From: Paramecium tetraurelia
Taxonomy: Eukaryota
NCBI GenBank assembly: GCA_000165425.1
Contig: CT868651.1
Coordinates: forward strand, 1-64,000
DNA: 64,000 bases
Direction: 5' to 3'
Part shown: positions 14,091 to 28,068 of the stretch, piece after piece
How positions within the stretch are numbered: the stretch's first letter is position 1
How the letters are laid out: each line of letters starts with the position of its first letter
Notes under the pieces: generated by a model
What the model was told of the DNA's origin: nothing
Databases searched by the model: none
What the model saw: only the letters and a program-made list of their open reading frames with translations
Position numbers and translations under genes: made by a program

Positions 14091-14806
14091 TACTCTTAAA
14101 GAGAGATTATATAAATTATTACTTCATATGTATAATTAATTACACTTTCAAACAATTTTAGCTTTCTGAATTTGTTTAAGTCTGAGAAAGTTTTGGATAT
14201 TAAAAATTCAAAACTAACTTTTCTTATTTACAACTTTGAATTCAAGTGCAAAACATAAATCTTAAGCTATTTCTTAACTGTCAATATAGTGAAAACATTA
14301 TAGTAATTGAGCAAATTAAAAAATGTATTTTTATTTATTGTTTATATCTTTTTACTATTCTTGTTTAATGAAACGGCTAAATAGAACTCCTTTAATTATA
14401 GTTCAACAGGTCATATAAAATTAGATCTAATCCTTGTGAGTTATTTTCAAGTACTCTCTCAAAGAACCATAAAAATAGAAAATTTATGTTAAATTATTTA
14501 TCTTGAGACAAATTTTATCTAGTCTGAATAATACTTAGCTTAGACAATTTTTAAACCTACACCCTAATCAGTCTTATATAACAATAAATTATCTTGGTTT
14601 TGCATTAACAATTTATTCATTTAAGTGGAGACATTAATAGACTGTTTATAAAAGATATCGAGTTTTAATATATTAGAAAAATGATAGAAAATTTTCAGAT
14701 AAAAATGTATTTAAAAGAATTATTGGATGTAATTTGCTCGCTAAATTAAAGTATCACATACATGAAAACAGTCCAAAATATTTTTTATAATAAAGTTTAT
14801 TTATTA

Positions 14807-16531
14807 ATGCAACAAAATAAGGTTTGGAGAAAGATTGATTATGATATTCGAGAAAAGCCTATTCTTTAGTTCAGATTTCAAAAAGTAGGCAGGAAATCAA
14901 ATGAACTTTATATTGGATGTTTTAATGATTATCTGATAAAATATAAAGTAACACATTTAAATGGATTTTAGGATCCATTCTATACCATCCCATATAAATT
15001 ATTTGATTTAGAATTCACCAGCAAATTCGAAGTCATAAGAACTCCTTCGAAATTAAAACAAGAGAAACATCATACCAAAGTTAGAGGTGAAGAGATCTTA
15101 GAATTAGGGGAAATTGTAGCAATTCGTTTAATTGTTGAAAACATTGATAAACCCTATGAAATTCAGGGGAAAACTGAATAAATGCATCAATTTAGAAGTT
15201 TTTTAGGCAACAAAATCAATTAAATTGGATTTCACAACTTATTTCGTGTTTATAAAAAAATTGGGAGAGGAAATTTTGCATCTGTTTATTTAGCTGAAAG
15301 AATTGAGGATAATTTAAGAATGGCAGTAAAGGCGTTTTCCAAATAAATTGTTTATAATGAGGAGAAAGGAAGAGTAAGATTACTGTTTTACTTTTTAGGA
15401 AGGATTAATAAATGAAATATAAATCATGAGAGAACTAGAGCATCCTAATTTAATGAGATTGTACGAAGTATATGAAACCAAAAATTCCATCTATATGGGT
15501 CTAGAGTTACTAGAGGGAGATCAATTATTCGAATATTTAAAGAAGAAAGTCTAATTTACAGAAAAACAAGTCCAAAGCATAATGGTTGGTTTGCTAATGG
15601 GACTCAAGCACATGCATTAAAAGGGGATTATGCATAGAGATTTGAAATTAGAGAACATTCTATTTAAATAATAAGGGTATTGATTATTAGGATAGATATA
15701 GTAACTTTGACTCTGTAGTTATTGCTGATTTCGGATTGGCCACTCATGTTAATAAGAAACCATATTTATATTAAAAATGCGGTACTCCTGGATTTGTTGC
15801 TCCGGAAATAATCAATCTTAAAAATATGTATTAGCCTTATGATTCAGTCTGCGATGTTTATTCAATGGGAGTGGTCTTTTATATCTTGTAATTTTCTTTT
15901 CTTATTTATAGATTGACTGGAAGACCCGCCTTTACTGGGAAGACTTATAATACTATTGTTAAATAAAACAAGGAGGCTAACGTTAATTTTGATTCTCCAC
16001 ATTTCCAAAATACTCCTAAGGAAGTTCAAAGTCTCATTTTTCAAATGCTTTAAAAAGACCCTTTATTAAGAATCAAAAGCATTGAGGCTTTGTTGCATCC
16101 ATATTTGTAAAGTGCTTTGTTGATTGAAGATGATGAGGCACATATTTCCACCGATGATGATCCTAATCTAATGGAAAGAATTTAAATTCTAAATAAACAG
16201 TTAATATATCATTCTTATAATTACTTAGAACAGAAAAGGTCGACTTTACTAGAATCAAAAGATAAAATAGTTAGAATATTAAAGAATTAAGACTATAGGC
16301 TACTTAAGAATTAAAATAAAACCAAACCTCAGATGAGGAACTTAAAATAATCATGAGAACACCAGTAATTACGGGAAGAGTTAATTCTGTTGAAAGTATT
16401 ACATTATGAAATAAATAGATTCTCCTATGCTGAAATGCATTTCCCCCTTTTAAAGTGCTGGTGGTTATGACGAAATTGTCCATGATTAAATTATTTTGTA
16501 AAGATATTCTGGGAAAACACTAAATATTTGA
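14807..16531 (+). CDS. CAMK-family Ser/Thr protein kinase with N-terminal PH-like region
   Basis: IGRGNFASVY, MAVKAF, HRDLKLENILF, DFG and CGTPGFVAPE motifs; several tiny introns; ATG 14807, TGA 16529-16531. Confidence 0.92.
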
Positions 16532-16615
16532 CTTTATATTATATATCATTAAATCATCAAAAACTAACTTATATAGATTTAAATTCCTTTTTGATTTAAT
16601 AGATTAATATTAAAT

Positions 16616-17119
16616 ATGGCAATTTTTGATGAATCAATACTATTTTAGGATGTTGCTTAATTATAATCATCTTAATTTTGTTTAAATGCTTATTTTTATG
16701 CTATTCATGAGTGAAATATCATTAGATCGATTACAACTTTAAAGTCTTTCTGTATACTTTATACCCAAGATTGTAAATTTAAAATAAATAATAGAATAGC
16801 AAGAATCCAAAGAAAACTAAAGGAATGCCTGTAATGTTGAGACTACTGATTTAATTATTTCTGTTAAATTAAACTCGCAATAAATTTAATTACAAAAAGA
16901 ATATACCATTAAAAAAAGTAAAGCAGATTCAACTCTCTTTATTAACCAAATTGAGAGAAAGTTTAATTTATATTCTTTGATGTTATGAAATCTAACAACA
17001 AATTATAGAAGTGGCATATAAAATCCGTAAGAAATTTTAATAAGAGATTTTCAGTAATAAAAACCCAGATCAATCATGATAATAATTTCCTCAAAAGGGA
17101 AAGAGATCTAGTTGTTTGA
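16616..17119 (+). pseudogene. Small hypothetical gene, probably disrupted
   Basis: ATG 16616 and intron-like GT..AG segments, but no single consistent spliced frame found. Confidence 0.3.
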
Positions 17120-17208
17120 AGTCAAGGAAGTCAATTTTTTATAAATACAATTAATAATATTTAATTATTACAATTATTATTTTAGATCTCATTATTATAT
17201 TAATAATA

Positions 17209-17973
17209 ATGAGATCAAATATAGCTTTGAGGTTGAGAAAATCAATCGAACGGGAAAAGTATGATTCCACATAGAAGTTCTCATTACATGCATTTAGTAT
17301 ACATTAAGCACCTAGCCCCAAGAGAACAGCTCATTAGACTCCAATCAGGGGGAAATATTAAATACTACAAAAAAGAAAATCTTTCAATGAGTAGAAAGTA
17401 AATGACAAAACACAGCTCTTAAAGAAAATCGAATACTTTAACTCAGTGAATATAACATTAGAAAACTAATAAATAAAAGACTAAAATAAAAGTATTCAAT
17501 ATAGAAAAGATAACCGTTAAAAATCAGAGGACAAGATACTTGTATATGATATTTTTCGAGAGGTTGGGTACTCTTACAAATTATATGTCTGAGGAATAAT
17601 CAAAGCCTGGAGATTAACAAGAAAGACAGCGCAAAAAATATTCACTTCCAATTTTGAAAAAAAGATCCTCTCCATCTCCTTAACTTTAAGATTCTCAAAC
17701 TATACCACCAATGCCAATAATCACAGAGTTAACTTACACAAAATTAGCACCTAGTAATCAGTTTTGTAATTAAAATTAGATGAAATTAATAAAGTTTAAA
17801 ATAAAGAGATAAAAGAACTTCCTGAATCAACAGAAAGAATCCTCGATTTATTATTGCTTAATACTTGTGATCTAAAAAAAGTATTCCAACAATAAAAATA
17901 AAAGAATAAAAGAAAAATAATAGTATAAGGAAGAATCCCTCAAGATTTTTTCAACATATTGAAATAATTTTGA
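17209..17973 (+). CDS. Hypothetical low-complexity basic protein
   Basis: ATG 17209 (MRSNIALRLRKS), ends GRIPQDFFNILKQF-TGA. Needs two small introns, one unusually short (19 nt, ~17542-17560). Confidence 0.65.
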
Positions 17974-18007
17974 TCATATATATATTATATTTAAGTGTTT
18001 GCATTAT

Positions 18008-19483
18008 TCAACCTTAATATATTCCCCATATCTCCATTCTATCGATTACAAAATTCTCTTTACTAGACAACACTTCATTTCCAAAAGTTTCACAATAATG
18101 AGAATATCCATGATATATCTCAGAATCCACATACAACCCATATTTATCACCACATCCAATCGCTAATCCATTCTCATCACATAAAGTTATAAAATTATTC
18201 TAATTTATCCAATTATAAACAGTTAAGGATTAGGTATTCTTAAATGTAAACAAAAACGATTCCCCAGTTCCATAGAAATGATCTTTACTTTTTTAAATCC
18301 CATCAGATAAATAGGCTCCAAATACATATTTATGCAAGTCTCTAACAAACATAATTACAGGTTGACTAAATTAAGTATTTCTCATCAGAGTCTTAATGGA
18401 TGATCCATGCAATGTTGATGAGTACAATATATTCCATCTTTGGGATTTAAAGATAGCAGGAATATAACAGGCAACCTTCATAAAAAGATTCTAATCGATA
18501 ATCTCAGATTCTGATTCTAAGTAAGAAATGAATGCATTCGAACCCATCAGCTCTTATCATTTATATTGATAATAATACTTTCAAATGCTAATTGAATGCT
18601 TTATTCTAATTTTAGATCATTGTTATAGTAAAAAGGAAGTATAGTTTTCAATTAAGGCTTGGTTGGAGTCTCTATTATTTTGTTTGGAGTCGGAGGAAAG
18701 TATGATGCCAACACAGAATTAATTGAATCCATCAATTCACTTAATTATGAAACATCAATTAATTATATTAAAGCAACTTTGGACCGCTTAGTTTATAGGT
18801 GTATTTCTATCAAATGCATCCTAAAGATCTCTTTGCTACTTAGTTAAATAAATGCTGGAAAATCCCTCTTTGTTACCTTTATGACATTTTTTAATAATAT
18901 TTAAAATTGCAATTATTACACATTCTTTAGTTTTGCCTCCTACATTATTTTTTCATTGCCTAGATTATTGTAATCAGGATAAAAAAACAATACGTCTTCA
19001 TGAACTGTTAATTATCCCTTAATGTATCCTAAATTTGTAACATAATTAATGTCGAAAAATTTATTTGATGCTTATTAAAACGAGTCCAATAAGTTTTCTT
19101 ATTTCTCCTCCTAGTTTATAATTTACTCATAAATTGGCACTGATTATTTTCTTGGTATTTTTATGGTTATTCCCTCATATAAGGAATTTTCTGAAATTTC
19201 ATTAATTTACATCAATTAATCTGCACTTCTATTACAAACTTAAATACCTGACGTTGAATTTAAGTTCAAGACCAAAATAAGAATCATCTGGTTCTACTTT
19301 ATATAAAAAATATTTAGAATCGTCTTGAATTTTGAAATCATCTAAAAATTATGGATCCAAATCACTGAGTTTCACATCCTCTTCTGATGCAGGAGTGTAG
19401 TTTTCATAGGTAATTCTGCAATTCCCTATATATTCAAAGTCGAGTTGATAGTCATACTAAAATTCACTTTATTCCTAATTCAT
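18008..19483 (-). CDS. TLDc-domain (OXR1/NCOA7-like) protein
   Basis: C-terminal WNILYSSTLHGSS...VFGAY...FYGTGESFLF...GLAIGCG...CETFGNEVLS...EIWG motifs; ATG 19483, TGA 18008-18010. Confidence 0.92.
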
Positions 19484-19577
19484 GGTTTGTTATATAATTT
19501 GTAAAATATAATTATATCATTTTTGCTGTATTCAATTTATATAATGATTAATACTAATATTTTTCTTTTATAAAACT

Positions 19578-20445
19578 ATGATATAGAAATAATAAAATAG
19601 ATAAAATTTCATTAATTTAAAAAACATACATGTTGCAAAACTAATAATCAATATTAAACGAATCATTCCATTTTGCCAACCTACAATAGTTTTCTCCTAT
19701 TTATTTAGAATTTCTTAAGATTTTTAATTCTAATGCTATAGATAAGCTTTAAAATTCAAATTCTCTTGATTAACATATCAAAACAGATTTAAGTCTCAAA
19801 AATTCAGATTCTCAATCCAGTAGTCCTACCCAGATTCATTAAACTAAGAAAAAATGTCTTAATAGAAATACTGTATAACCAAAATAATTGTAACAATAGA
19901 TAAGTTGTTAAAATAATAATTGTTAGAATAAAAGAAAAAATTTAAATGAAACTTAGATCAATGGTCAGACTACCCTATTATGCAACAGATGTTCAATCAA
20001 TTTCACTTCCAACAACTATTGTGAATATTGTATTCAAGTAATATAAAAATCTATTATTTAAGATATATGATCCAAATCTTGGATATGAAATGGACGATAA
20101 ACAGTGGATTATGTGCGAAAAATGCAACAGATGGGTAAATTTTAATTATTATACTCTTAGAATCATGTTGAATGTGAATAGTCTTTAGGAAAGCAGAATT
20201 TGACCAAAATTACATATTAAACAAAATATCAATGTTCCCAATGTCATAAAAAGATAAAATAATCTGCAAAGTTGAATTTAAACAAAGATACTTCTTAAGA
20301 TCAAGAATATATTAATACTAAAACAAAATAACCCCTAGCAATAATTAAATTAACCAATAAAGAAATTTTTGAAGATATTTCTGATCTGAGAACTCTATTA
20401 TTTGATGAGAAGTCAAAAAAAGTGAAAATAGAATTGAATTAATGA
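19578..20445 (+). CDS. PHD-finger protein
   Basis: CNRC...YCEYC...WIMCEKCNRW/NHVEC...YQCSQC (C4HC3) across two tiny introns; TGA 20443-20445. Confidence 0.85.
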
Positions 20446-20731
20446 TTATATAAGATGTACTCCTTTATGTTAATTATAATAATATTTAATAGATGGTTGT
20501 ATAATAAGGCTTCTTAACTGCTCCTATTGAAATGGTCACTTCCTATTTGCAAATTAATAAAATGAATATGTATCTATTCATTAACAAATAAGGTTTGTCA
20601 TTTCGGAATAATTTTTCATTAGATTTTTTTTTGAAGCCTTTCCTTTCCCCATATTTTGCTGTCATTTAATAATTTGAACGAACTCTTCCTAACATAAATA
20701 TTAACAATATATAATTAAAATTAATTATTAT

Positions 20732-21542
20732 TCATGACTTATTCATTGATCTTGGATTAACTTATTTTTATTATTTAAACTATTCAAATTCTTTTAAGTA
20801 TTATTAATATGACAAATCTCTAGAAGCAGAGATATCTAAAACTGTTTGTTCACCAAAGTTGATTCTACTCATAATTAAAGTTCCTTATAATTCCTGATCT
20901 AATTTATCTAGCTCTTTATTTATTTTGTTAACTTCCTTTCTAATAGAGTCTATTTCTGTAACCGATTTGTATTTATCAACATCTACTTATTATTTAATAT
21001 TTTTTTAATTTTCTATTTCCTCTTCGGTATCATATTATTCAGTATCATCTTTTTATTGATCATCTTCTTCCTCTTATTAATTCTCTTCATAATCAACATC
21101 TTCATACTCTAATTCTTCTTCATCATTTTAAATCTTATTATTCTTTGCTTACTTTAAATTATCCTTACCATTTTGCTAATTCTACAGTATTTTTGGGTCT
21201 TATTGATATTGTTATTTATTTAATAATTTTTGAGCAACAGGCTAATTGACATTTGATTGTTCCTATGAAAATAGAAATTATGGGCCTCTAATTATTATTC
21301 AAATTATACTTTTATGATTATTAGATATTGACTTGTTGAGTAAATGGGTTTGAAGTGCTTTTAGGTATCATTTGATTTAAATTTAGTTAATTCTTCTAAT
21401 TGTTTTAAACATAAGGGTTTTGTTATTATGGTATAAAAGGCTACTGTTATAATGATTGTTATGATCTTTAACTAGTAGTGGAATAGCTTTAATTTGTTTG
21501 TTGAGGATTATTGTAATATTAATATTATTAACGATAAGACAT
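20732..21542 (-). CDS. Hypothetical Gln-rich/acidic protein
   Basis: ATG 21542 (MSYRQQYQY), one intron ~21287-21310, acidic tract DEEELEYEDVDYEE, TGA 20732-20734. Confidence 0.7.
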
Positions 21543-21724
21543 TATTTATTTTATGTTAATAATAAGTAATAAATTTGATCAAGAATCAAGTCCAAAATAT
21601 TTAAGGTTTCAAAATCTTCTTTTTAAAATAAAGGAGTGAGACAAACTTCATAAAATAAAATGAATACAAAATACATTATTAAAAAATTATAAACTATTTA
21701 TTCGAATATAATGATGTATCAAGA

Positions 21725-23601
21725 ATGATAGATTAATTTAGTCAAATGCCGGAATCATAAATGGGTTCATTGAGAATGAGACCTTCCCAATTAAGAATAG
21801 AAATGACAGATGATTAATAACCTTCCACAAGACGGAGGAATTTCATGTCTCCTACGGCTTTGCCACTATTTCAAGAATTGTAAAAATTAATTTAATATCA
21901 GACAATAATAGACAACTAGACAGAATCTCTAATAACCTATTGCTCCTTTGACTTTGAAAGTAAATTTGTTAACCTAGCAAATTAGTAGATGTCTAGCCAA
22001 TCTTAGATTACTAAATCCTTGTTATTTAATATATTTTTGTAAGGTTTCTTTATCAACTATTATGGATACGTCTTTTGGTAATACAGTTTTCGCTATGTTT
22101 TACTATAATTATGGATATAAGATTTGTTTACCATATTCATATTGATATATTTTAATTATAGAAAATAAGAGGAATGCATTTGGTAACTCATTGAGACTAT
22201 GTTTCTATTTTTCTTAAAAGTAAAAGTTAGCATTAATACAGGTTTTTATAGTGTTTTATTATGAAATACAAAAATTCAAAATTTACTTTGTTACTATAAT
22301 GATGATTTCGCTTTCAATTCTCGTGTTGCTTATGCGAGTAGTTCAAAAATTGAAATTTCAATTACAGAACAATCAACAAATTGTAAATATTCGATTTATA
22401 AAAAGATTGTTTAATTCATTAAAACTTTATTATGTGTATAAATAACACTTATTGCCTTGAAATGGGAAGAAAAAATAGACTGGGTTTGGTCCTAGATCTT
22501 TATAATTTTGTGGGTATTTTTGGTCGTCTTTGCATTATTATTATTTATCTCTTTTATAGGATGCATTGAGACATTCATAAATCTCTTAAAAAAACAAACT
22601 AACTAAAATTATTGTATTCCTCATATATATTATAGTAATAGGAAATATTTGGATTTTCATCAATATCATAGGTTACACCTTATTGCCATTCACATTTTTG
22701 TATAGATTGACTCAATTGTATGATAATTAGGAATCCTTTGGAGAAGATGAAACTATTTAATTAATTGTCCTAAGTGGAATATTCATGGTATTGATAACCA
22801 TTTATACAACATTTTTTGCAAACAATATTAAGTAAATGTGAAAGTCTACCTATTAGAATGTTTTTGAAAGAACTTTAAGGATTTGAATCATATTCTGCTG
22901 GGATACCTCAACAGCCAATTTAAATTTAGTAAGAACAAGAATAAAGAATTTATAACTTACCTGATTCTAATGAAATTTTGTCCAAAAAGAAAAGAAAGGC
23001 ACCTTTTAGGTTTGTTAAGTTAAATGCACCATTATATTTAATTAAAATGTCATGCACCTTCTTTGCTATTTTTGATAAGTTAAGCTTTGACTAGAAGAAT
23101 GTTAAACAAACGGAATAACTTTCTCAAAGGGCATTAGGATAATAATCATCGAACAGAATGGAATTTTAGAAGGAAATTAAAGCGAATAGCAATTCAATAG
23201 ATTATAAGATTAATAATTTAGAAATGCAAGATATAAAAAAAGTAAACATTGAAGAATTAGCTAAAGAGAATGTTCAATCTAAAGACATCTCTGAAGAACC
23301 AGATAAATCAAACAAGAATTAAAATTCCATTAATGAGGATCAATAATCGATTTAAGATAAATGTTTAATTTGTTACGAGAACTAACCAAATATATTATTT
23401 ATACCATGTAGACATGGTGGAATATGTTAAAAATGCGCAGAAGATGTTGTGCTTAAATCCAATTAATGTTATTTATGTAGAAAAGTATTTATCTATTATA
23501 TTAAGAATATTTAACAAATTTTAAGAATAAAAACAGAGGGAGGTTAATTAGTTGTTAATGAGATTAGTCATATAAAGTAGAAAAGGTAGATATAAGAATG
23601 A
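21725..23601 (+). CDS. Multi-pass membrane protein with C-terminal RING finger (C3HC4, putative E3 ligase)
   Basis: Several hydrophobic helices at 22450-22830; CLICYE...IPCRHGGICQKC...CYLCR; TGA 23599-23601. Confidence 0.88.
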
Positions 23602-23779
23602 ATTTTGAATAATTTACACTTAATTAATCTCGTTTATTAATGAATCACACAGTTGCTAATCATTTCTCTATTTCCAATTTCAATTTTTATTATAACTTAT
23701 TAGTAGTTTATAGATTGAAATTTTATTTAATTAATGTAATAGATAGGTTTAAGTTTAAATTGTTCTCACTTTAATATGC

Positions 23780-25390
23780 TAACAGAAAATCAACACCTTA
23801 ATTATTTGACAAGAGAATAAAATAAATTAATTAATGGCTGTATTGTTCAAATTCAGACCATTTTTTATTCCTTAACTTCATCCTATGGATAATTGAATTT
23901 AGTTGGTATCCAAAAAAGAATAACAGTTAATGTAGAGTCCAACAGCATATTAGATAATAATCAGCTGTAGGTTCATTTTAAACGGAGTTAATTATTTATG
24001 GAACTCAAAGAAATGATATAACTTTGCTATCGATCGATCCATTAGCTCTTGGATTAGCTAAAATGGAACTATTCATTACTTCTAATCATTTGAGACTGAA
24101 ATTGCATCGTTTTTATAAACATTGTATCTTATGAATTTTTTATATCATCCAAGTTCTTATTCTAAGGAGTATTGCTGTTCATCATTTATCCTCTTGTACT
24201 CATATGAATACTTTATTGGATCCTTTTTAACAGCTTTAGTATAATGAGCTTTATCGTAATATAAGCAAAGTCATAATTCTTCAAGGAATAATAATTTGAT
24301 TTCACTTTTGCCATTACAGCCTTAGCAACAGCAAATTCTGGAAATTTTGGAAATCCAAGTGAATCTTTTGAGGAGAAACATTAAATTTTTAAAAGCTATT
24401 AATCTTTTTTTACCACTTTAAGATCAATAGATATATATTGATTATTATATGTTCTGAGTTATGTTTAATAAATGTTTTAATCTCTCTCCTCCCTTTGAGA
24501 ATGGAAGAGCTTCTGGAACCCTTTCCCAAGTCAATAAGAGTAGCTGGTACCATCAACTCATAGAGCTTGATATCTAAGATTGAATTTGTTGTTTGATGAC
24601 TACCATATTAATATCTGGTAAAGCTTTGTTATCATCTTTAGAATATGAAAGTCCTGGCTTTGATGAGAAACCAACTCTAAATAGAATTTGGCTAGAGATT
24701 AATAGTATTTAAATATTCTGAGTACATTCTAATAACTTACCATGTAGTGTGAGCCATCCAAGCATCACTCCAATCATCCAATGCCTTAATTAAAACATAA
24801 CAAGAAATTCTGTTTTCTCCTTACCTTTTTCCATTCAAATTTTCAAGTGTCAATAAATGCCATTAAATTCTTTCAGCTTTAGGTCACATAGGCTTTTTCA
24901 ATTCGTAGCTATCACCACATGCTTAAAATAAAAGCAATTGCACCATGATGAGCCTCGTATTGGCTGGTCTTTATCTTGGATTATTTAATATAATCCATCA
25001 TTCTATGCTAAGGTTCTACCTAAGGCTTCATAATATTAGTCTTCTTTATTGTCTTCAACCAATTATCTTGCAAATACATATTATTCCAATTCATTGCTCA
25101 CTTTTTACTTTACAAAGTAAAATTATACCAAGACCAGGAGTGATTGTATATATGTTCATGTATCAATGGTCCTTCCAAATACCCTATTGAATACATTTTA
25201 GTAAATACTTGCTGCATATGAACTATAAAAATTTATTCATGAAAATTATCGAATCACCTCGTGTTTATAGTAACCCCATGCCAAAGCGACTTGAGATATC
25301 CCCTTTATTTATTGTGTATTTTTCATGTCTCTAATCTACTTAAAACAATGCAATATCATCACAGATGCACAAACTAATTAAAGTCAATAA
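23780..25390 (-). pseudogene. Phospholipase B-like (PLBD/LAMA family) pseudogene
   Basis: Motifs SCYVLIKALDDWSDAWMAHTTW, FSSKPGLSYSKDD, LLTWERV, YNNQY and IRYN occur in the expected order but in different frames with TGA stops. Boundaries approximate. Confidence 0.8.
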
Positions 25391-25620
25391 ATAAATAGCT
25401 TTCAATTAAATAATCTATATTGATTTTACAATATTAGTTTTCTAAAGACATATTTTTATGATAATTCAGTATTTTCCCTCTTTACCTTCAATCCAAATTC
25501 ACTTTTCTATTTTTATAATGAAAATTTGTTATTGTTTTTTTTGGACTAGAATACCAAATAGTATTTTAGTAACAAAAAAATTTAAAATTTTTAAAAACAA
25601 GAAAAGGAAAGTGAATTAAG

Positions 25621-25669
25621 TACCTATATTGTATGATATTCCTAGTGATAAACTGTTTCAATATAGGTA
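25621..25669. repeat. TA-bounded 11-bp perfect inverted repeat (IES/MITE-like)
   Basis: TACCTATATTG (25621-25631) and CAATATAGGTA (25659-25669) with a 27-nt spacer, in a long intergenic region. Confidence 0.55.
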
Positions 25670-26217
25670 TTAAAGATATGTTCTAATATAAAGACAATAA
25701 CCCTGGCAACTACATTAATATAATTGATGAATACTTAATCTTGATAATTAATGTTATTTCTAAATATTTTAAACCAATAATTAAATAATATCTCATATAT
25801 CAAATAAAATATAAATTATCTATTATTTGTTAATTAATCAAAAAAACAAATCTTTGTGAAAAAATAATTCAAGCTTATATTTTAATGTAATTGATTCAAT
25901 ACACTATTGATGAAGTGCATTTTAGGTTATGGATAAAATTATAAAAATATTTCTTCTCATTTCAGTATGAATATTCAAAAATTCAAGCTTTTATCATATT
26001 TATTTAAATTATTTATTAGTCAGAATTAAATATGCAATAATTTTTATCTTTTAATTAAATAGATGGATAATTATTGCATTTGATACGAATTATAATGATT
26101 ATACTATAAAAACGTATTAATTTAATGATCATTAAGGTGTATACCTAAAATTTATGTAAATTAATAAACATATATATTTAAAAAAGTTTATATGAAATAT
26201 CTAAATTAAATATTTCA

Positions 26218-27070
26218 TCATTATTATGACATTAAAAAAATTTACTATTTCCATAAACTAAGCATATTACCTAACTATCTGTCGATAGTATAATTTTTAT
26301 CCAAACTATTGACAGGCAATTCAAAATAATTCTTCATTTAATCAGACTACTCTTCATCAATGTGTTCTTCATCTTTTTTATTCTTCTCATAATTTAAGGA
26401 GTTAGATGTATATTTTTTCTAAAATTCTTCCCTCCTTATTGCTTTGTGTAATTAACAAGTTGGCTGAATTTCCTATTAGGTTTATGAACTATAGTTTTTT
26501 GCCAACCTTTTTTGAGTTTTGAAATTATTAAATGAAACATCATTTTTGCTATTTCCAAATTTCATATTCTGTTTCATCCAAAAGATTAAATTGTTCGAGA
26601 TAGATTCTATGTCCTGAAGGATGAATTATTAAGTACACTCTTTAGAATTACGAAATTAATCTGGCTATTTGAAGTTACCAACATTGTGGGGGTTGATTGA
26701 GGATTCTATAATTAATACATTGGATGTTGTTTGTTATTGATAGAGATTCAGATCACCACTTTTGAGATCGACAACGACAAGAATTTTGTTTCTCTTATAA
26801 TATTGTTTCTTATTTCTCTTATCCTTTTTCATCGACCTCCCTTATTGTTAATACGTCTACACAATACCATTGGCTGTAGAATACTTCAAACCATATTTTA
26901 AAGCTGTCTAAAGGATGAAATTGAAGGAGTACTTGTTTAATCGAATTTTCTTAGAAAACTATGTCGTAAATCACTTTTTCTCTAATGTCATTTCCTATTT
27001 TTTGATAAGGCTGTCTCATTGTATTTTGTATGAATTGTTTCTACTCACATTGAATCTAGGTTTAAGCCAT
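26218..27070 (-). CDS. Helix-turn-helix (homeodomain-like/paired-like) protein
   Basis: YQKIGNDIREKVI...SIKQ|TALKYGLKYSTANGIVQTYQQQGR with a 25-nt intron; ATG 27070, TGA 26218-26220. Confidence 0.8.
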
Positions 27071-27269
27071 ATAAATAAAAAAAATTAACAGAATACATAA
27101 ACCTTTTATTCTTATTTATATTCCAAATCTTATAATTTTAAATAGTTATTTAGATTATGAGTGTTAATAGCAATAAATTTAAATAAATTATTTAATTTGA
27201 ATTTAATATATATATAATATATTGTACTTAGCTAAAAAACTAATATTTAATTTAATTACATAATTCATA

Positions 27270-28030
27270 GGCAAGCATAAGATTCCACTCTTGAAAAGTA
27301 TATATCATAGTTTAATTTCAATTACTCTTAAATATTTTTCCTTGCTTATATACAGATTTTAAAGTCAAATAACTTAAAATCTTAAAATATTATCAAGTTT
27401 TCTCTGTTACTTTAAATACTTCTTACAACCATTTTAAATAATAATTAATTATAATCTCGTCAAGGCTGATAGCTTCTCTCTGGCGAAATAAAATAAATAT
27501 CATTTTAACACCAATTTAATTGGGAATTCTTACTAAGGAATAAGTTTTCAGAAATGAATATTTTATCTATTTTGGATGTATAATAAAATCATTTCTATGA
27601 GAGTTATTGATTGATATTCTTTTGGAATATCACCAAAAGATAGTTTGTAAGGATGGGAAAGGTGAATGAATTTTTCAACTTCCTCAATTTATTCAAATTA
27701 TTCATTCTATAACATCTACCAAAAATAACTTGATATTCAAGGATATATTTTAAATAAATATAAGATTTCAAAATGTTTCAACATTAATGCTTGATTAGCA
27801 TTGTATTTAATTACGAAGACTAAAAATAAATTGATATTGAATAAACCATAATTTTATAGTCAGTAAAAAATTGCATTTAGCTTTAGAAAATATAAAATGA
27901 CATGGGAACACTGCAGAACTCGAGAGTACTTAAACTAAAAATTAGATTGATGAATTTATGATACTGATCTTGTAATATCACAAAATTCAATCGAAAACAA
28001 ATATAACGAATTATCCTTTAAATTGGATTG
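27270..28030 (-). pseudogene. Degenerate gene remnant
   Basis: Intron-like GT..AG segments and coding-like stretches (HLSHPYKLSFGDIPKEY), but no ATG and TGA stops in the candidate frames. Confidence 0.35.
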
Positions 28031-28068
28031 ATTAAGATTTTGTTAATTAACTATAAATATAAAATGTT

